NCBI GenBank assembly: GCA_951406725.2
Contig: OX597820.1
Span: forward strand, 72,850,001-72,914,000
From: Octopus vulgaris
Lineage: Eukaryota
Direction of reading: 5' to 3'
DNA length: 64,000 nucleotides
Every line of letters begins with the position of its first letter. Within the stretch, counting starts at the first letter, position 1. A model generated the notes under the pieces. It saw only the letters and a program-made list of their open reading frames with translations, did not search any database and had not been told where the DNA came from. The position numbers and the translations under genes were made by a program. Positions 26,201-37,334 of the stretch are shown here, piece by piece.

Positions 26201-26692
26201 ACCAGAAATCCCTGGCCTGGCAGTGTTTCCGTGCGGCTTTACCTGTTCGCGACAAGCTGTCAAGGCACGGTAGTGCCGTCTCGCCGACATGCCCGCGATG
26301 TGAGCAGGATAGGGAGACCGTCTTGCACGCATTCGTGGAGTGTCCGGAGTTATCGGGACTGATAGCTTTTGTTGAACAACTGTTGTCAGTGATGGGAAGA
26401 GTACAGCTATCAGCTGAGTCTATCATCGAGATTGTGCCGCCCCCTTTCCTTAACAGGGAAAGAAAGGCTTGTTTTTTTCTGTGTAGTAGCCATACTGAAA
26501 GAAACAGTATGGAAGACGGGTACGAAAGGTATAGTGACAGGCACCTTTGTCTCCGGCCAGGGGTTGATTAACTTTTTTAGTTACCACCTCAGTAGCAAAA
26601 TCAGGCTGGAGAAGAGGTGTCTGTCACGAGATATGCTTGTGAAAAGATGGAAGCCTGTGGCATACAAGATGGGTATGTTTGGCACCAGGTAA
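23291..26692 (+). CDS. ORF2: apurinic-like endonuclease, reverse transcriptase and C-terminal zinc finger; two single-base frameshifts (~24058, ~26475)
   Basis: APE motifs LNVRGL, TETK, LYAP, GDFN, LDRI, TDH, WKLN; RT motifs KSPG, FRPITLLN, LDQSKAFDRVDH, VRQGCPLS, YADD; zinc finger CPRC..ETVLHAFVEC. Confidence 0.93.
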
Positions 26693-26920
26693 GTGTGACC
26701 GGATCAGAAAGTAAAGGTTCTACCCGGATGGCTGGGTGTCCGTCCTTCGACATGATCATTAATATTTTTAAACATTGCCTTCGTAAAATTCATTGTTTAT
26801 AATCTTATCCGTAATTTCATTCGAAAATTGTAACTGTGTTAAGCTACTTCACCCTTTATATTTGTCTGTCCTTGTTTGTCCCCTCTTTGTAAATGCCTAA
26901 ATGGCAAATTATATGAAATA

Positions 26921-27070
26921 AAGTAGCTTGCTTATGAACCACATGGTTCCGGGTTCAGTTCCACTGCATGGCACCTTGGGCAAGTGTCTCCTACTTATAG
27001 CCTCGAGACGACCAAAGCCTTGTGAGTGAATTTGGTAGACGGAAACTGAAAGAAGCCCGTCGTACATATG

Positions 27071-27123
<53 letters not shown>

Positions 27124-27314
27124 CTGTGTTTGTCCCCCCAACATCGCTTGACAACCGATGCTGGTGTCTTTACGTCCCCGTAACTTAGCGGTTCAGCAAA
27201 AGAGACCGGTAGAATAAGTACTAGGCTTATTAAGAATAAGTCCCGGGGTCGATTTGCTCGACTAAAGGCGGTGATCCAGCATGGCCGCAGTCAAATGACT
27301 GAAACAACTAGAAG
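26921..27314 (+). mobile_element. SINE family 1 remainder (B box, body, internal (TA)n, 3' part)
   Basis: aagtagcttgcttatgaaccacatggttccgggttcagttccactgcatggcaccttgggcaagtg...gcagtcaaatgactgaaaca. Confidence 0.92.
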
Positions 27315-28225
27315 TGTATAAGGGTAATTAATTTTAAACGACTGTTTGATTTATCGCACGGTAAATCAGTCAATCAGCGAAACCTGTCAAGATAAACCTG
27401 AAGTTAGGGAAGGAATGTCAATGATGCGATCATGACTGGCGACGAACAGACTTTGGACAAACATGTGAGGAGCACAGTTTGTATCCCAGAAAAAACTTCA
27501 AACTTCAACTAAACTAGAAGGAAAAATCGCCACAAAACTCCCATATACATATACAACGACGCCAAACACTATTACAACAGAATATTAAAATTCAAACATA
27601 AAAATCATGTACGCAGTGAAGTATCTGCAAATATCTGCTGCACCAATAACCCCAGCCTGAAACATTGTGCTGGGTTACACACCACCACCAACAAATACAG
27701 AAGAACAGCATCCGTCACGCGCTGGTCGGTTCCGCGCTGTCTGTTTCAGATATAAGAATCCACCCGAATCTGCATGTGTACTGAAATAAAGTGGAGTAAG
27801 ACTAAACCCCCGACGATTTCATCACTGCGTCTCGGAGTGTGAAGTGTGGTTCTTAACTAGGTTAGATTATGGTGTAACTGGAACAATAGATACACCATGG
27901 GATTCATAGCAACAATAACAACATCGTACACCAGTATACCTACATACACATGTGTGTTTGTGTGGAGTAGCGCGCGCGCGTGCAAATATATATATATGTA
28001 TACACACACACACACAGACGCACGCACACGCAATGCAAGTGCGCATGTTTTGCTGTTAATCTGATGAAATGCTTCTCCAATGTAATCGGTTGCTAATATT
28101 GTGTAACTTTTCACATGAAATTATTTACTTGCTACGGTGTTAGAAACGGAATGGTACTGAAGTAACTAATAATAAAGCGATATTGAATTCATTCTTCGTA
28201 TTCTTAAATGTATCATACGTGTATG

Positions 28226-28265
<40 letters not shown>

Positions 28266-28559
28266 CATGTGTGTGTATGTGTGTGTATAGATAGAAAGAT
28301 AGATACATACATACAATCATGCATACATACATATACGTGCGTACATTCATACATAATCCATGCATACATACACATACACATATACACATACATACGTATA
28401 TTCATACATAATACATACATAGATGCATACAAGCATACACAAACCCGTACATACATACATATATACATACACACACATTCATTCATACATACATACATAC
28501 ATACATATACGTGCGTACATTTGTACATAATACATGCATAAAAACACACGTACATGCAT

Positions 28560-28615
<56 letters not shown>

Positions 28616-28725
28616 GTTTTCCTTCCAAAGATAGAGGCATTGCACTGATGCAGTGCAATACTTTTCCCATAATCGATAAAGTAGATGAAAATTCCTGCTG
28701 AGTCGTTATTATTTGAATCCATTTA

Positions 28726-28912
28726 AGGCAGCGAAATGGCAGAACAGTTTGCACGCCGTACAGAATACTTAGCAGTATTTCGTCCGTCTTTACGTTCTGA
28801 GTTCAAATTCCATTGAGGTTGACTTTCCCTTTCGTCCTTTCGAGATCGATAAAATAAATATCTGTTGAGCATTGAGATTGATGCAATTGACTACACACTT
28901 CCCCTAAAATTT
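28726..28912 (+). mobile_element. SINE family 2 monomer, degenerate
   Basis: aggcagcgaaatggcagaacag...gtatttcgtccgtctttacgttctgagttcaaattcc. Confidence 0.75.
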
Positions 28913-28924
28913 CGTTCATATCTA

Positions 28925-29541
28925 AAAGGGGGTTAAAGATACAGTGGACAAACAAGGACAGACAAAGGGATCAAATCGATTACATCGACCCCAGTGTGTA
29001 ACTGATACTTAATTTATCGAACCAGAAAGGATGAAAGACAAAGTCGACCCCGGCGGAATTTGAACTCAGAACATAAAGACAGACGAAATACGGCTACGCA
29101 TTTCGCCCGGCGTGCTAACGTTTCTTATTTCTTTATTGCCCACAAGGGCCTAAACATAGAGGGGACAAACAAGAAAAGACAAAGGGATCAAATCGATTAC
29201 ATCGACCCCAGTGTGTAACTAGTACTTAATTTATCGACACAGAAAGGATGAAAGGCAAAGTCGACCTCGGCGGAATTTGAACTCAGAACATAGCGGCAGA
29301 CGAAATACCTATTTCTTTACTACCTACAAGGGGCTAAACACAGTGGAAACAAACAAGGACAGACAAACGGATTAAGTCGATTACATCGACCCTAGTCCGT
29401 AACTGGCACTTATTTAATCGACCCCGAAAGGATGAAAGGCAAAGTCGACCTCGGCAGAATTTGAAATCAGAACGTAGCGACAGACGAAATACGGCTACGC
29501 ATTTCGTCCGGCGTGCTAACGTTACTGCCAGCTCGCTGCCT
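28925..29541 (-). mobile_element. SINE family 2 tandem trimer
   Basis: Three collinear units with junctions at 29123/29124 and 29308/29309. Confidence 0.85.
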
Positions 29542-30808
29542 TAGAACTCCTAATAATATTGAATCATAAAAATACAATATAATTTTTTAAACATCGAATG
29601 GCCAGGTGGGTCCACCAGAATATAAAACAGGAGTCCAAGGAGTCCATAGGTAAAAAAAAAAAAATGCTTGAGAAACATTTATTTACGAGAAACTGTTCAA
29701 ACAAGAAATCGAAACTGGAACTATGGCATAGAAACAGCTGATTGAAAGCCTATTTCTTCTCTGCGGCACATGCTTCAATTCCGTATTCGAGAAAATAACT
29801 TCCAGTTCATCTGAACGGCAAAACCAATTAATTACCAATATTTTGGAGATGCACAGCCAATCGTTTAAACCTGAAGCATAAAGTACAGTAGTATAACAAC
29901 ATAAATATTATTATTTCCTCTGTCAGAACAAAACAAATCAAAATAAATTGACAGGAAATTATCAAGCTTCGCTATTTGTTCCCGACTTGATTGTTTCACA
30001 CATCTAGTTTGATTTTAATTAAATTGAATTCAAGTATTTATTGGTTTGTAAAAGAAATGATTGGTTATGAAATTAATTAGCTGATCTGTTCTTTTTAAGT
30101 AATAACAGATTTATAATCTAATTGCTAGCTTTAATATATTTCTGTAGTCATATCTAAAATCTCTGAATTAATTGTTACCAGATGACTGTCAAGAATAATT
30201 ATCGAGTGATATCTAATTTAAATTAGTGTCCTTCCAACTATTACGGCTGCTGAATAATATAATCTATAATTTTAGTTGCATTTAAAAATTAGCTTCGAAT
30301 AACTGACATCCATAACTGAAGAACCAGCTCATAGCTGAGAAATGGCCATCGTTTAAATTTTTAACACAGCACGAATTGCCAATGATTACGTTCACAGTAA
30401 AACCGCCGAATGGAAACCGGATGTCAGCTTCGATTCTCGATTAATGCCTCTTCACTTCATTTTTGTTTCTAACACATTTGTAGAATGCATGAATGTCACA
30501 GCATTATATTTCATGTCCTGTGTAAGCCTAGGGCTTTAACCTATCAATACTGTTCAGTGTAGGGACTGACAGGTGAAAGATTAGACCCAACGTTTCCGAG
30601 CGACTAAAAGAGGGTTCAAGGTATGATTTGTACCCTTATCTCGCAAAGCCTTCACCAGTAAAAACTACTGAAAACTGATTCACGGATTGGAGGGTTGTCG
30701 TGTGAGTGGTGCAAAGGGGCCATCCACCAGGAATGGTAGGGAATCACCAACAAACCGGGGATGCAACGATGCGCTGTTACAACACATGCACCCCATACTA
30801 GTATTATT

Positions 30809-30985
30809 TCTACTACTACTACAGCTGCTGCTACTACTATGATTGCTGCTGCTACTACTACGACTGCTGCTGCTGCTACTACCACTACTATTACGATTAC
30901 TACTGCTGCTACTACTACTACTAACTACTACTACGACGACGATTGCTGCTGCTGCTGCTACTACTACTTCTACTACTACTACTCC
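30809..30985. repeat. (CTA/CTG)n microsatellite
   Basis: Direct reading. Confidence 0.9.
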
Positions 30986-31227
30986 ACGTAAGCAAAAAGG
31001 CAGCTCTGTATGTGAATCTAGAAAATAATTATGATCTGGTTTTGAGTATCCCATTGACGCAGCTTAATCCAATACAAATACAGATAATCGCCAGACAGGG
31101 TTAAAGCGATACACCGAATGGGGAGGCTGAGTGTTCGAATCCAAAGTACAATTCATTCGACACGTTTCCGAACCGCCTAGTTTCTGTTTTGTGGCTTTTC
31201 ATTAACCCACGACTATAATGGTTCTAG

Positions 31228-32249
31228 ATTTTGGCACAATGCCAGCAATTTCAGGGAAGTGGGTAATTCTATTACATCGACCCCAGTACCTGACTGGTAC
31301 TTATTTCATCGACCCCGAAAGGATGAAAGGCAAAGTCGACCCCTGCAGAATTTGAACTCAGAACGTAATGCCGCTAAACATTTGCTCGGTGGGCTAACGA
31401 TTCTCTTATCTACTCCAGACACAAGGCCCGAAATTTGGGGGGAGGAGGCCAGTCAATTAGATCGACTCCAGTACGCAACTGGTACTTAATTTATCGACCT
31501 CGAAAGGATGAAAGGCAAAGTTGAAAGCGGTGGAATATGAACTCAGAACGTAAAGACAGACGAAATACCGCTAAGCATTTGGCCAGGAGTGCTAACGTTT
31601 CTTATTTCTTTATTGCCCACAAGGGGCTAAACATAGAGGGGACAAACAAGGACAGACAAAGGGATTAAGTCGATTACATCGACCCCAATGCGTATCTGGT
31701 ACTTAATTTATCGACCCCGAAAGGATGAAACGCAAAGTCGACCTCGGTGGAATTTGAACTCAGAACGTAACGGCAGACGAAATACGGCTACGCATTTCGC
31801 CCGGCGTGCTAACGGTTCTACCAGCTCACCGCCTTACAACTCCTAATGATATTATTTTCTACTCTAAGCACAAGGCCCGAATTTTTTGGGAAGAGGGCCA
31901 GTCGATTAGATCGACCCAGTATGCAACTGGTACTTAATTTATCGACCCCGAATGGATGAAAGGCAAAGTCGACCTCGGCGGAATTTGAGCTCAGAACGTA
32001 GCGGCAGACGAAATACCTATTTCTTTACTACCCACAAGGGGCTAAACACAGAGAGGACAAACAAGGACAGATAAACGGATTAAGTCGATTATATCGCCCC
32101 CAGTGCGTAACTGGTACTTATTTAATCGACCCCGAAAGGATGAAAGGCAAAGTCAACCTCGGCGGAATTTGAACTCAGATCGTTAAGGCAGGCGAAATAC
32201 CGCTCGGCATTTCGCCCGGCGTGCTAACGTTTCTGCCGGCTCGCCGCCT
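31228..32249 (-). mobile_element. SINE family 2 cluster: partial monomer plus two dimers (~31415-31833, ~31855-32249)
   Basis: Repeated tcgaccccgaaaggatgaaaggcaaagtcgacctcggcggaatttgaactcagaacg core; Tx1-like tails at 31601-31670 and 32017-32085. Confidence 0.88.
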
Positions 32250-32349
32250 TACCCCATTACAATATTAGAGGAAATCTGTGATAATGAACTGACAGAATCG
32301 TAAGCATTCCAGAAAAAAAAAATTGCTTAGCAGATTTTCTTCCAGTTTA

Positions 32350-32556
32350 AAGCGGGGAGCTGGCAGAATTGTTAGCACGCGCGTCAAAATGATTATCGAC
32401 ATTTCTCCCGTCTTTATGTGTTGAGTCCACACTCCGTTTGAGTCGACTTTGACTTTTATCCTTTCGGCATCAATAAGCACCAGTTGTGCACTGTGGTCGA
32501 TGTAATCGACTTACCTCAATCCCCGAAATTGCTGGCCTTGAGCCAAAATTTGAAAT
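32350..32556 (+). mobile_element. SINE family 2 monomer, degenerate
   Basis: gcggggagctggcagaattgttagcacg...gtcgatgtaatcgactt...gctggccttg. Confidence 0.7.
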
Positions 32557-32667
32557 CCATTTTAGAGGACATCTACGTAAAGTGTCACTCGATGGAATTG
32601 AAACCCAAATCTAGTAATTGCAAAACAAGCTTCTAAACCGCTCGACCATACCAGTTAATGGGTTAGT

Positions 32668-33498
32668 CAGTGGAGGAGCTAGAGCGTGTGCCACCTGCGC
32701 AACCCTTGAATTTATATATCCTGCCCTCACCCCTATACTGCAGACCTGAAAGTGCTTTCCAGCTAAGAGCGCCGCTCGGGACGGACCGTTATCATTCTCC
32801 GCTATCTTCGCTCCTGGAATAAGTCAAGAACTGTACGGCAATGCCCACAACTTTTTCCCATGCCACCATGACTAGCAGAAGGAAGTTATCTTTAGATAAT
32901 CGGATATTTGGTTACGAATGCTGGCTACATGATAGACTCGGTCAAGCGTTAGTGTTAAATGACGGACTAAATTGACCACCCAAATAGATATTTAGTGGGT
33001 GAACAAACAAATGAAATCCTACGTGGTCATTCGACCAACTAGAAATAGCAGCCAAGTCTCCTTCAAATACACCCTACTGTCTACAGAAACGGCCACGTTA
33101 GGTAATGTAGTCCCGAGTCCCTTACACATTGGAAAATAACGAGATGGTCCCGGCTGGGATGCCTTTGATCATAGGCCTGCTCGATCGGGCTTGACGCGGA
33201 GTTAGACAACAACCTCTTTGAATCAACAAGTATCTATATAGTGACACGACCGACAAGAAAGAGCAATCAAGTAACCCTCTCAAATTACATCTTATCGTCT
33301 TAGAAAAAGGGACACCCTGGAATGTGTGCAGTTGGGTAACTATGGAGGGAATGAGGGGGTGAGGGTGATGGTCCAACCCGGGTGACACTTTTATGAGGCG
33401 GTATTTTTTTTGGGGGGGGGGGTCACCTGTATATGTCTGCATGGGCTTAGGAGCCTTGGGGTGGGGACGGGGTAGCACTCACTCTAGCTACGCCACTA
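32668..33498. mobile_element. Possible old hAT-like MITE
   Basis: Imperfect TIR cagtggaggagctagagcgtgtgc vs gcactcactctagctacgccacta; no TSD recognisable. Confidence 0.4.
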
Positions 33499-34479
33499 AG
33501 AGTGTCGTCTTACATATATCTAGGGTATGTCCGAAAATAAGATTAAATGGCCATGGCTTGAACACCTTTTAGTATAAATCTACTCATGTATTAATTCAAT
33601 GACACTTAACATATTCTGATAGTTAAATACAATAATAGTTTCAAATTCTGGCACAAGGCCAGCAATTTCAGGGGTTGGTGTAAGTCGATTACATCGACCC
33701 CATTGCTCAACTGGTACTTATTTTATCGACTTCAAAAGGATGAAAGGCAAAGTCGACCTTAGTGGGATTCGAACTCAGAACTTAAGGACGGACGAAATGA
33801 CGCAAAACATTTTACCTGGCAGGCCACCTTAAATACAATAATAAAACGATAACATGCCCAACACATTTATGATCAATTCAACAGATGAATTTATTGATAT
33901 ACTTAGAACAACCACACCTAAAAACATCATTGCTCCCTAAGATGTTAAGCAGTTAATCATTAATGTGCCAATAAACATCGTAATATATTCCATAGTCAAG
34001 CATGCATACCATCAACACGATGGGTGAAATGCTTAGCGGCATTTTTGCCACCCTTACGTTCTGAGTTCAAATTACGTCAAAGTCGACTTTGCCTTTCATC
34101 ATACCGGGTTCGATTAAATAAATATTGGGGTCGATGTAATCGACAGATCCCCTCCCCTCAAATTTCAGGCCTTGTGTTATTAACTGTTCAATGTTTGGTT
34201 TATTGAAGCAAATTTCTACTGCATCGTCTTCTACACTTCCGTGTTACTGGGGTATGTGCAGCATTGTGTGTTCTTTTCTGCTGTTGGGAGTGTGCGAACT
34301 CTTCCTGGTACTGTATTGTGTTGTGGTGCTGTCTTTTGTTGTGTTACTGCTTATATCGTGTTGAGTGTGTAATACCTTGATTTCTGGCTTGCTGGTGGAA
34401 GTTTATTCCACTGGGTAAACGGTGTATAGAGTGTATCTTGTATTTGTGGGTTGCTTTGTTTAGGTTGTATTACTGGATT

Positions 34480-35756
34480 GATAACGTCTCATATAGGATA
34501 TGGGCAATTCCTAGCAGGGCTATTTTTTAGACAGTGTGTAGTGTTGAGGGTCCAGGTATAGCTTCTACATTTTTATTCATATAATTTTTTATCATGCCCA
34601 ATGCTCCAGTTATTCTTTTCTCCTCTAGGCACAAGGCACGAAATTTTGGTGAAGGGGACCAGTCGATTAGATCGACTCCAGTACGCAACTGGTACTTAAT
34701 TTATCGACCCTGAAAAGATGAAAGCAAAATCGACCGCAGCGCAACAGCGCAATTTGAGCTAAGAACGTAAAGACAGACGAAATACCTATTTCTTTACTGC
34801 CCACAAGAGGCTACACACAGAGGGGACAAACAAGGACAGACAAACGGATTAAGTCGATTATATCGCCCCCAGTGCGTAACTGGTACTTATTTAATCGACC
34901 CCGAAAGGATGAAAGGCAAAGTCGACCTCGACGGAATTTGAACTCAGAACGTAGCGGCAGACGAAATACCTATTTCTTTACTTCCCACAAGGAGCTAAAT
35001 ATAGAGGGGACAAACAAGGACAGACATAGGTATTAAGTCGATTACATCGACCCCAGTGTGTAACTGGTACTTAATTTATCGACCCCGAAAGGATGAAAGG
35101 CAAAGTCGACCTCGGCGGAATTTGAACTCAGAACGTAACGACAGACGAAATACCGCTAAGCATTTCGCCCGGCGTGCTAACGTTACTGCTAGCTCGCCGC
35201 CTTAATGCTCCAGTTATTATTGGTATTGTTTTTACCTTCATGCCCTATATTTTGAATACTTCAATTTCGAGGTCTTTGTACTTCGACAATTTCTCCAATT
35301 CTGCATTGGCAATCTTTTGATCTGAAGAAACAGTAATGTCTACAGGTGATTTTTCCCCAATCACTGACTATCATGTGTGGACGATTAGCTTTTATGAACC
35401 TGCATATCCGAGATGATTGTGGCCTGATCGTTGTCTTGTATCTTGCTTGGCACATGCTTATACCACTTGCACTCAGTTTTGACGTTGTAATGTTGGCATA
35501 TTTTCCAGTGGATATAACTGTTTACTTTGTCGTGTCTGTATACATATTCAGGCTTGGCAAGGACTGGGCAGCCCGAGGTGATGTGGTCAACTGTCTCATT
35601 GTGCTGGTTGCACAATCTACATTTGGTGTTGAGGCCTGTTTTCATTATTTTATTTTTATAATTTTTTGTAGTCAGGCATTGGTCTTGTGCAGCGAGAATC
35701 AGTCCTTTCGTTTCGGCTTTTTGTCCAAAGCTTTTGAGCCATTGTTGGCTTTTACT
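34480..35756 (-). mobile_element. 5'-truncated R4/Dong-like non-LTR retrotransposon fragment (CCHC plus restriction-like endonuclease), interrupted by a SINE trimer
   Basis: AETKGLILAAQDQCL..CRLC..ETVDHITSGC..RHDKV..IHWKIC, then ANRP(H)MIV and KTIPIITGALGMIK across the SINE. Confidence 0.8.
34615..35203 (-). mobile_element. SINE family 2 tandem trimer with 15-bp TSD
   Basis: TSD aatgctccagttatt at 34600-34614 and 35204-35218; internal junctions at 34785/34786 and 34969/34970. Confidence 0.92.
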
Positions 35757-35841
35757 TATTATTATCATTACTATTATTATCATTATTATTATTATTATCA
35801 TTATTATTATTATTATCATTATTATTATTATTATCATTATT

Positions 35842-35897
<56 letters not shown>

Positions 35898-36030
35898 CCT
35901 TATCATTATTATCATTATCATTATCATTATTATCATTATTATCATTATTATTATCATTATTATTATTATCATTATCATTATTATTATTATCATTATTATC
36001 ATTATCATTATTATTATTATTTATAATAAT
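35757..36030. repeat. (TAT/CAT)n microsatellite
   Basis: Direct reading. Confidence 0.95.
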
Positions 36031-36034
36031 ATGT

Positions 36035-36390
36035 GAGAGCGCATGACTTAGTGGTTAGGGTGTTGCACTTGCGATCTAGCGATGATGAATTCAATTCCTA
36101 GACCGAGCGGTCCGTTGTGTTCTTGAGCAAATCACTTCATCTCACGTTGCTCTGCGACCACTTCGACACCTGACAACTGGTACACCGTGCATCTGTTCGG
36201 ACAACATCGATTTGATGGAAAGAGTTAGTTAATGTGCGGCACGAACATCTGATCGCTATCAGCGAATCATTTGCACTGGTAGTTCGGCAAAAGCTGAACG
36301 CTCATACGACGTCTTCGACCGGGAGAGTTCATCATCATCATCATCATCTTCATCATCATCATCATCATCATCATTAACATCATCATTATC
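36035..36390 (+). mobile_element. tRNA-derived SINE, family 3, with (ATC)n tail
   Basis: gcgcatgacttagtggttagggtg (A-box-like), aattcaattcc (B-box-like), tgtgttcttgagcaaatcacttcatc (CORE-like). Confidence 0.65.
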
Positions 36391-36397
36391 ATTATAA

Positions 36398-36628
36398 GGC
36401 GGTGAGCTTGCGGAATCGTTAGCTCGGCGGGCAAAATGCTTAACGTCATTTCATCCGTCTTTACAATCTGAGCTCAAACTCCGCCGAGGTAGACTTTGCC
36501 ATTCGTCTTTTCAGGATCGATAAAATAAGTACCAGTAAAGTACTGGGGGTCGATGTAATCGACTAGTCCCCCACCCCACCCCCACCTCCCAACCATTTTC
36601 AGACCCTTGTGCCTGTAGTAAAAAATAT
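36398..36628 (+). mobile_element. SINE family 2 monomer with standard tail
   Basis: ggcggtgagcttgcggaatcgttagc...gtcgatgtaatcgactag...ccttgtgcctgtagtaaaaa. Confidence 0.8.
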
Positions 36629-36687
36629 TATAAATCTACTCGATCAAGGATGAATAACATTTACTACTACTACTACTACTACTACTG

Positions 36688-36718
<31 letters not shown>

Positions 36719-37221
36719 CACTAATACTGCTGCTGCTACTGCTGCTGCTGCTACTAATGTTGTTGTTGTAGAATACCATAGGTATTTTGTCATTGGCCTA
36801 ACAAGGGTTGTTAGTGCCGGAAGGTAAAGACCTTGTTGGTCCCCACCTTCCCTTAATTAACGGGCATGATAGGCCAGAAGAAATCTTGCACACACACACA
36901 CCACCCCCATACACTTCTTCACACCCTCGCCCGAGGACCATTACTCTCCTTCTTCTCCGTCTCCCTTTCCGCGCAACGTCTTTCGCATTTTCTTTCTCCT
37001 GGCGGGTGTAGAAAACCTTGCCTGCGGGAATTCAGTATTGAATCTTCTGAGTTTGGCGTCTTTCTTCGATTAATAGATTCTTCGATTAAAAGATGTCCAC
37101 GTAATTTTTTTTTCTAGCGATATTTATTTAGAAATATCTATTTAACTCTCCCTTTTTCTTTTCTTTGCCTGTCTACTATTCTCTCTTTCTCTTTCTCTCT
37201 TTATATATATATATGTAAGTA

Positions 37222-37275
<54 letters not shown>

Positions 37276-37283
37276 AGTATATA

Positions 37284-37334
<51 letters not shown>

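Larger units (their letters stand above)
21479..26920 (+). mobile_element. Autonomous-type L1-superfamily (Tx1-like) non-LTR retrotransposon, ~5.4 kb, apparently full length
   Basis: 5'UTR, ORF1, ORF2 (APE-RT-zf) and 3'UTR, flanked by the target motif at 21466-21478 and 26921-26932. Confidence 0.92.

Noticed and set aside
24283-26426. Antisense and alternate-frame ORFs within ORF2 (and within the ORF1s and mariner)
   Set aside because: Shadow frames of GC-richer coding sequence with no recognisable motifs.
16493-26932. Recurrent 12-13-bp motif with intervening units read as a CRISPR array or integron-like cassette array
   Set aside because: Eukaryotic context, kb-scale units with retroelement hallmarks, no cas genes or tyrosine recombinase; target duplication by TPRT explains it.
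27315-27925. Possible solo LTR (TG start, TATAAGAA at ~27750, AATAAA at ~27785)
   Set aside because: No matching TSD, terminal inverted repeat or second copy in the window; cannot be supported.
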